A DNA stretch of 39,912 nucleotides from Mitosporidium daphniae (lineage: Eukaryota). Each line of letters opens with the position of its first letter. The first letter of the stretch is position 1. The position numbers and the translations under genes are program-made. The notes beneath the pieces are model-generated. The model saw only the letters and a list, made by a program, of their open reading frames with translations, did no database searches and had not been told where the DNA came from. The DNA is taken from assembly GCF_000760515.2 (NCBI RefSeq), contig NW_013546434.1, positions 1 through 39,912 on the forward strand. The letters are read 5' to 3'. Below, one piece after another: positions 33,366 to 39,912 of the stretch.

Positions 33366-33914
33366 ATGGCCCAAAGCCCAATTTATACCAGTGAAATGAA
33401 GCAAGTGGACAAAGCCACGAAAACACTGGACCATATTTTGATTTCAGTCGATGATTCGGAGCCGTCGTCTTATGCCCTAGAATGGGTGCTTGGCAACATC
33501 ATCAACCCTCAAAAACACATCGTCTACCTGTTGAGCGTCGCCAAAATCAACCCGCAGGCATCGATGATATACTCTGCAGGTGTTGGCGGTGGCATCCCTT
33601 GGACCATGCTGGAAGAAATCAACCGAGAGTCTCTTGATGAGGCAAAAAGATGCGTCTTGACCCATCATGAGGCAATTAAGAAGGTCTATTCGCAGCTGGA
33701 GGTGCATTCTTTGGTCGGTCAGGGAGACCCGAGAGACGAGATCGTCGATGCCGTGTCGAGGATACATGCTGATCTGCTTGTTCTTGGCTCCAGGGGTCTT
33801 GGAGCGCTCAAAAGGGCATTTCTCGGATCCACCGGGGACTATTGTACGCACCATGCGCCCTGTTCGGTTCTCATTGTCAAGAAACAGCCAAAAGAAGCAA
33901 TGGAGGGTCAATAG
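33366..33914 (+). CDS. Universal stress protein (UspA domain)
   Basis: ILISVDDSEPSSYALEW; GDPRDEIVDAV...ADLLVLGSRGLGALKRAFLGSTGDYCTHHAPCSVLIVK. Confidence 0.93.
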   Translation: MAQSPIYTSEMKQVDKATKTLDHILISVDDSEPSSYALEWVLGNIINPQKHIVYLLSVAKINPQASMIYSAGVGGGIPWTMLEEINRESLDEAKRCVLTHHEAIKKVYSQLEVHSLVGQGDPRDEIVDAVSRIHADLLVLGSRGLGALKRAFLGSTGDYCTHHAPCSVLIVKKQPKEAMEGQ

Positions 33915-33959
33915 CCAAAAATAAAAGTTACCTTTTGAAATTCAAAAATAAATTAAAAC

Positions 33960-36446
33960 ATGCATTTCTCGACCAAGCCGCTTGAGCTTCTCCCGCGTTT
34001 CTATTCTGGATCTGGGCCCAGCGCACTTTCCCCGGACGGATCGATTCTGTATTCATGTTCCCTCTCTACGGAAAATGTACCAAAAATACATGCAACGCTG
34101 ATCCACGAAGGCGTGGATTCTGTTAGCTCTTTCACCATCGAGCCTAATGCTTATGCAGACGGTGCAGAAAGTGATGATGTCCCAATAGCAATGGCCGCTG
34201 CAGATGGGCTTCTTTTTATTTCGTTTCGAATTTCCAACATGCTTAACGTGTACAAGGTTTCTTCTGATCAAAACATTTCGGTCTCCCTTCATCAGAGCAT
34301 GGTTCCACATTCAAATAACAATCCCGTCATTGGAATGCTGCTGGTCAGGCAAGATTTGCTGCTTACATCGTCTACGGACAAGACGATTCGTTTGTGGCAT
34401 GTGAGCTCTGGCACACTTACTCTGGTCAACTCTATTCGCCCCGATAGCGTTAGTGTCGGAATGGATTGCTTATCAAATGGAGAGATCCTTGCCACTATTT
34501 CGGTCGAGGGAGCCATTCGTCTTTGGAGCCTTTCTACGTGCAAGCCAATCACTGCACCGCTCGTTTCAAGCGAAGTGGCCGGAGATTCGATTGCTGGGTC
34601 TGCATGCTTTGCTGTGAAATTCTTTGTCGTTGCATATCGTTCAGGGATTCTTGTAATTTGGGACCTGATGTCAAAGTCTATCGTCCGGAAGCTAGGGTTA
34701 CCTAGCAGCCTAGTCCAGAATGAAATTACTACGGTTGCCTCGACTTCCCATCAATCTCGAGAAGCTTGGATTGGCACATCTTCTTTGGGAATTTTCCGCT
34801 TAACCTCAGATCTGCAACTCGTTTCATCTCAAGAACTATCTATAAGATGTAACAAGCTGCTTTTCATTAAGAAAAAAATGGAGGCTGAGGTCAACTGTAG
34901 CAATGTGGAAACCCAAAATGGCATCTGCAGCGACGCACAGCTGAAGCGGCTTCGGGCCGTTGCACTTGGACTGCCAACTCTGCCTTTGATTTCGGTATTT
35001 GATTTGGAGGATTATGAAAAGACTCCGATTTTGGCGATGACCACGATTGGTGATCCCGGTGAAGTTACCGACCTGGCTTCGGTCGGAAATTGCTTTATCT
35101 TTGCTAGCGATTCGGGTGCTCTTGTCGGAATTAGAGAGGGAAAGGGGTGGCCCATCTTATCTTCCAAGATCGAAGATTCGCCCATTCTATCTCTCTCACA
35201 AGGGATAAATGGACGCATAGTTTCTGGCTCAAAGAATGGCACCATTTCGCTATGGCGGGTCCATGACAAAAGTCAACAACCCATTGGTGGGACTTTACAA
35301 ATTTCTCTACAAGATAGCGTAAATGTCGGCAAAAATGTGGCAATTTCTGGAGTCGCTCTAACACCAAATGACAATATCTTTTCCATTGGCTCAGATGGAA
35401 TGATCCGTCAATGGAGCATCGAATCTACAAAAATAACCTCAGATTCGGCAATTCTGGGCCATGCTGGCGCTACAATAACGTCCATTGCTGCGTGCAAACA
35501 CATGGGATCTAATCTCTTGATTACGGGCTCCCAAGATAAGGAAGCAAAGGTGTGGGATGCCTCGGGAGTTTGTCCTGTCCTCAAGCACACACTCACAGGA
35601 CATACACGAAGCATATGGAGCGTCGCCATTGGCGCAAATACTCTTCGTGCTGCAGTTGCTTTCACTGCTTCTGCAGATATGACCATTAGAGTCTGGAATG
35701 CCGATACAGGTGCTGCTCTTTCCGTTTTGGGTGGTCCGAGTGTAGATGGCAGCCACACAGGCAGCATCCTTCGTGTTGCCATCTTTCCACCCTTTGGCGA
35801 TCAAGATGAAAGCACCCATATCGCTTCATGTGGTGCTGATGGGCTTGCAAAAGTCTGGAACTGGCGGTCGAGAGCATGTGAATCGACTATTGAAACGAAA
35901 GAGTTTTGTTCTCAAAAGTTGTGGTCGCTCCTTATCCATCCGCAAGATGGCCGTTCTATTCTTGCAGGTCCTGGACTTATCTTTTCTGAGATATCTGCAG
36001 AAGTGGGCGCCAGGGAACATACTGCACGAACAATACAGATGGAGGCCGAGCAGGCACTTAGGAATGCCATTTCTTTGGGAGCAATAGATGATGCGGTCCG
36101 TTTGGCGCTTGAAAATAGTCAGCCTTTAAGGCTGCTTGCTCTGCTAAGGCAGTGTCCAAATGCCATCGATCCCCTGATTAAAACTCTTCCCTTGGAGCGA
36201 CAAAAAAAGCTACTTGGATGGACCAGCGAATGGATTACTGCGCGTCCATCAGATGCTGCCCTTTGCCAGCATCTGCTTGCGCTAATGCTGAATCAATTTC
36301 CTCCGGCTCTTCTGCTGGAAGAAGAAAAGAAGATTTCCTCGATGCTTCCCTACTGTAAGCGGCTTTGGGAACGCTTTGATGACGGGTTGATCTCTTTGGG
36401 TGCTCTGGATGCACTTCTTTGCTCTATGACCGCAGGCTTGCAATAA
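33960..36446 (+). CDS. UTP13: U3 snoRNP WD40 protein UTP13/TBL3
   Basis: N-terminal FYSG, many WD repeats (TGSQDKEAKVW, LTGHTRSIWSV, TASADMTIRVW, SCGADGLAKVW), and a C-terminal Utp13-type domain EQALRNAI...AVRLAL..SQP.RLL. Confidence 0.8.
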   Translation: MHFSTKPLELLPRFYSGSGPSALSPDGSILYSCSLSTENVPKIHATLIHEGVDSVSSFTIEPNAYADGAESDDVPIAMAAADGLLFISFRISNMLNVYKVSSDQNISVSLHQSMVPHSNNNPVIGMLLVRQDLLLTSSTDKTIRLWHVSSGTLTLVNSIRPDSVSVGMDCLSNGEILATISVEGAIRLWSLSTCKPITAPLVSSEVAGDSIAGSACFAVKFFVVAYRSGILVIWDLMSKSIVRKLGLPSSLVQNEITTVASTSHQSREAWIGTSSLGIFRLTSDLQLVSSQELSIRCNKLLFIKKKMEAEVNCSNVETQNGICSDAQLKRLRAVALGLPTLPLISVFDLEDYEKTPILAMTTIGDPGEVTDLASVGNCFIFASDSGALVGIREGKGWPILSSKIEDSPILSLSQGINGRIVSGSKNGTISLWRVHDKSQQPIGGTLQISLQDSVNVGKNVAISGVALTPNDNIFSIGSDGMIRQWSIESTKITSDSAILGHAGATITSIAACKHMGSNLLITGSQDKEAKVWDASGVCPVLKHTLTGHTRSIWSVAIGANTLRAAVAFTASADMTIRVWNADTGAALSVLGGPSVDGSHTGSILRVAIFPPFGDQDESTHIASCGADGLAKVWNWRSRACESTIETKEFCSQKLWSLLIHPQDGRSILAGPGLIFSEISAEVGAREHTARTIQMEAEQALRNAISLGAIDDAVRLALENSQPLRLLALLRQCPNAIDPLIKTLPLERQKKLLGWTSEWITARPSDAALCQHLLALMLNQFPPALLLEEEKKISSMLPYCKRLWERFDDGLISLGALDALLCSMTAGLQ

Positions 36447-36479
36447 ACTAATTTATTTCATCAGCTTTTCGCAATGTGT

Positions 36480-37700
36480 GCCGACTTTAGGCATTTATTG
36501 AGTAAAAGTACTCGCCGTTGAAGAGCGATTAGCCTCGCGCTTCAAGATGCGCAAACTTGGCTTTCTTGGCGAACCAGCTTCGTAAGATGTTTACCGTGGG
36601 GGTTTCAAAAGAAGCCTTTAGTGGCCGCTTGGTGCCAAGGTAACTATCCATTTGTAAAACGGTATCGACCCATGGCCTCACCAAAGGGATCTTCGCTAAA
36701 AGTGATTTTTCTACGTTACACAAATTCTTGCCTTCCTTTACTTTTAACATTGCAGGTGTTCAATTCGATGAGTAATGAATCGATTTTTTACTATCGACTA
36801 TACTGAACCATAACGAAAGCTTATCAGAAATTGCGGAATTCTTGTTGGTATTCTTTTTATCAGAAAGAACGACGTTGTTGGTTGTGGTGAAAGAGCTATC
36901 AGAAGTTGAAAAGAATCCATATACTACGGTACTATTTCTGGCTAGATAAAGTTACATTAGGCCATTTCCACCTGCTAGATTTCTTCAGTCCCATTGCGCG
37001 TTGAGGGTTTTATTTCTTGTGATATAAACGGTAGCGTTGAGCATGAGTATATCAAGGTATTGGGCATAACAAAGCAAAGCCATAGGCGATTCACCATAAC
37101 CTATACAGGTGGCAGCACCTAAATTGTAAGTTCCAACAAAGATGTTCGGGATAGCCAAATCAGTAGAAACATTCGCAGCTTTAGACGCGGAAGTAGTGCA
37201 ATTTTGCCAAGACCAGGAACGTTAACAGCGACTTGAATGCCGTTACATACGAAAATGTTAACGTTCGTTTCATGTGTGCCAAGTGATCAGCTGATCTCGA
37301 AATTACGCCAGGTATTAGTACCAAAGCAGCAGTTGATTCTGGTTTGATAAGTTCCAGGCATGTATGAAAGGTCAAAAATACTAGATCCAATGTCTATGAC
37401 ATTTGTTGAGAAACTGCAAACAATTCCGCTAGAAAGACGGATAGCGGTGAGATTCGCAATCCCAAAAGAGGTCGACGGAATCCACGGGACATTAACTCCG
37501 TCCCACAAGCAACGGCCGTTACGTTCTGAATGACAGAAAAGTCAATTACACTCCCGACTGTGAAATCATTTGACACTCCAAAACTGAAAGAATTATTTAC
37601 AGAATTTGGTAAAAGGCCGGAACAAGCGCTCCAAAGCCCGTTAAATTAAAGACACCGCTTTCGGTGTCATAAAGTACACAGCTTGAAACTACATTTACTG
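36480..37700 (-). pseudogene. Decayed coding sequence related to the adjacent secreted protein
   Basis: Frameshifted and stop-interrupted fragments (NVTAVA/WDGVNVPW...IANLT...SFSTNVIDIGSSIFDLSYMPGTY) resemble the C-terminal domain of ORF 37759-38562. Confidence 0.5.
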
Positions 37701-37758
37701 GGATTAATATTTTTATGAGGTAAAAAATATTAGGCAAGTCTGATCGATTTCATCAAGT

Positions 37759-38562
37759 TCAGCTGAAAGAAATGGTTGAATTTTGAAAGGGAGGTTTATG
37801 AGCTTCATCAGGTACATCGACAACCTCAGGCAGAATGTTGAACAAACCTGAAACTTCGCCAAAAAGGGTTTTGGTCGGATCATCATTAGCATAGCCGGTT
37901 ATAAAGACTCCATAAATAGAGACAGGCATTGCTAGGGATGAAATATCTACAAAGGCCGATCCATTGTTTGTGATATTTGTAAAAGTGTAATTCAACTCAG
38001 TCACTTGATCAACAAAACTAATGTTCAAGATCGAGGAGGGTTCAGAGGCTTTACTGAACCAGGTAGTATCCCACTTGACTATAGCTTTGGTAGTGTTCAC
38101 ATTAACTTCTGATCCGTTTGTTTTTGGGTAAGAAACTCTGGGTGGAAAGCCTTGACAAGAAATGGAAGCTAATGATGAGATAGCGCTTCCATAGCTGTTT
38201 GAAACTTTTACTTGATAATAGGTGGATATATTTTTGGACAGCTTAAATGAAGATTCACCAATGTCACGAGCAATGTATGTTTTAATAGTTTCATTTTGCT
38301 TGCTGATAGTTATTGTAACATTGTCTGAAGAATTAAAGGGTTCCCACGAGAGATTCCACCAAGGCTCATGTTCATTATTACACGCAAATCTTGGAGTTAT
38401 ATTGAGAAATTTCAAGCTCATATTGCCTCTTATCAGCGAACCCAGTTGACTCTGGAATGAAGAAGACTCTGGATTTACTGAATTAGCATTCTCTCCAAAT
38501 ACAAGGCTAGTTGACAATAGGCCGAAAAGTAGAATTATCTTCCAAGACAGTATAGAAGCCAT
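37759..38562 (-). CDS. Secreted, Asn/Ser/Thr-rich glycoprotein with beta-sandwich (Ig/FN3-like) domains
   Basis: Signal peptide MASILSWKIILLFGLLSTSLVFG, many N-x-S/T sequons, and FN3-like NLSWEP...YYQVKVSNSYG. Confidence 0.7.
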   Translation of the reverse strand: MASILSWKIILLFGLLSTSLVFGENANSVNPESSSFQSQLGSLIRGNMSLKFLNITPRFACNNEHEPWWNLSWEPFNSSDNVTITISKQNETIKTYIARDIGESSFKLSKNISTYYQVKVSNSYGSAISSLASISCQGFPPRVSYPKTNGSEVNVNTTKAIVKWDTTWFSKASEPSSILNISFVDQVTELNYTFTNITNNGSAFVDISSLAMPVSIYGVFITGYANDDPTKTLFGEVSGLFNILPEVVDVPDEAHKPPFQNSTISFS

Positions 38563-38632
38563 ATGGGGCTGCCTATCGGTTGGCGTCTATTTATACATGG
38601 TCATGTTTATGATAAAGCAACGAATATCAGCA

Positions 38633-38702
38633 GCATAACATCAAACGCATAACATCAACAAAATAAAATCAAAAGCATAACATCAACAAAATAAAATCAC
38701 CA
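38633..38702. repeat. 14-bp degenerate tandem repeat, 5 units (GCATAACATCAAMM / AAATAAAATCAMMA)
   Basis: gcataacatcaaac gcataacatcaaca aaataaaatcaaaa gcataacatcaaca aaataaaatcacca read directly. Confidence 0.85.
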
Positions 38703-38740
38703 ACATTCAGGAGCGAATAAAAATTTTTAATTTAAAATAA

Positions 38741-39000
38741 CCTGCCACTTGCAGTGGAGGAGGCATAAATAATTTCTTAATGGAATTGGCACATTATGCA
38801 CGTCCCTAACCCTAACTAAGTTTAAATGTAGCCCCAATCGGGTACCTGAAATGCTTTGAGACACCTGTGTATTCCACTGTGTCCGGTTGTGATTGCTTAT
38901 CTAAACACTTTGGTTTGGGATTGCAGCCCCAAACCCAGTAAATAATAAAGGTTGGATTTTTAAATATGAAGGGAAAAAACTAGTTTACATCCGCAATCAA
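38741..39000 (+). ncRNA. Candidate structured ncRNA (possible telomerase RNA 5' region); ends undefined
   Basis: CCCTAACCCTAAC at 38804-38816, no plus-strand ORF, an upstream AT-rich element, and nested helices at 38890-38999. Confidence 0.3.
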
Positions 39001-39912
39001 ATAACTTTCTTAACTTTAGTAACAATAAGAAGCTTGACTTCCAGAAGGTCAGACGTCTGGATGTATTTTCCATACCTGCAGACTGTATTGCCTCAACTTT
39101 AGGTGGATAGCTGATGTGTATACTGCGTATATGTAGCCTGTTGATTTTAGAATCATCGCTGTGGGTTATTTCGTTACAACGAACTTGATGGCAATAAAAT
39201 GCATGCGCTACTTGAACCACATATTGAAAGGCTTATGCAGGTGCTCCCTATATCGATTCTAGCTATACAAAAACAGTAGAAGGTACTACTTCTGGAATTA
39301 ATAATCGAATGTGAATCTATAAACTGTTTCTTACCTGAAAGGCGCCCAAAATTGTTGAATACCATCTGATAATCGAGATTTTTTAATCTTCACCCCGGGT
39401 TAAGTTAGTGCAGTTTTCTCTTTATAAATGAATGGGATAAATAAGAGGCTATTATGTACATGGCGGAGATATTTACACCCCGCTTTCGAATGTTTATGGC
39501 CTATTCAAACAGGCTCGTCACATCGTGGAAGGGAGTAAATCGGCAAAACTGCGCCTTAAAAAGGCCATGGAAATTTTTACCAAAAGATTGTTCCTATTAT
39601 GAGTGCCGAAGTTCGCCTAAGGTCGAATGATTTTGTTGGTGGCGAGGTTTTTGCATATCTGCTTTAGCTTCCGGTTTAACGCATATAAGAACATGCACGG
39701 ATTCCCCTAAAGATCTTAAAGCTTACCATAACCGGTCTTCTTGCACCGATGTGTTCAATTTCGAAGATGCCACTGTTGAGACCAACTTTATAATTCTTGC
39801 CGACAGATTGTCGATCGTCGAGGTATAAATTTTTAAAGGTTTTCATCAAGCCTACACGCCATCGCCTAAGCTTCACAAAATAAAAACCGCTATGAAAAAG
39901 GAGTATTGTGAC

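Noticed and set aside
37609..37617. U5 snRNA loop I motif GCCTTTTAC on the minus strand
   Set aside because: Flanks do not form the required stem, and the motif lies within coding-like pseudogene sequence.
19534..37761. Genome-wide UGA=Trp recoding, suggested by several TGAs at Trp-like sites
   Set aside because: Long conserved genes (RPO41, UTP13) contain many Trp and no in-frame TGA, and TGA clearly terminates the Ras gene right after its CaaX box. TGG>TGA is also a common nonsense mutation in decaying genes.
39000..39912. Minus-strand ORF fragments (38960-39220, 39174-39365, 39676-39876) as a gene
   Set aside because: Could not be joined by plausible short introns and show no recognisable motif. 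They may be pseudogene debris or part of the ncRNA candidate.

Overview
Eukaryotic nuclear DNA from an extremely compact, gene-dense genome. Intergenic spacers are mostly 30-300 bp and very short GT-AG introns (23-32 nt) are common, so the ORF track splits many genes. Fungal-type genes plus a T7-like mitochondrial RNA polymerase suggest an early-diverging fungus or basal microsporidian-type parasite that still has mtDNA (Rozellomycota/Mitosporidium-like; inference). Recognisable genes: AFG2/SPATA5L1-like AAA ATPase, RLP24, a short TFIIIA-like zinc-finger protein, an ERF4-domain protein, RPO41, a NUP42-like protein, tRNA-Pro(CGG), a MARCH-type RINGv ligase, a class IV aminotransferase with an in-frame TGA, M36 fungalysin, a TMX-like thioredoxin, Ran, a PRELI+DUF547 protein, an ATG15-like lipase, an atypical Ras-family GTPase, a universal stress protein, UTP13, and several orphan secreted proteins. 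The most intriguing signal is a non-coding tract near 38.74-39.0 kb. It carries an exact telomerase-template-like CCCTAACCCTAAC just downstream of an AT-rich initiator-like element and is followed by nested helices, making it an unproven telomerase RNA candidate. Other notable items are decaying genes with TGA at Trp-like positions and 7/14-bp periodic repeats upstream of secreted-protein genes. All calls are by eye; no searches were run.
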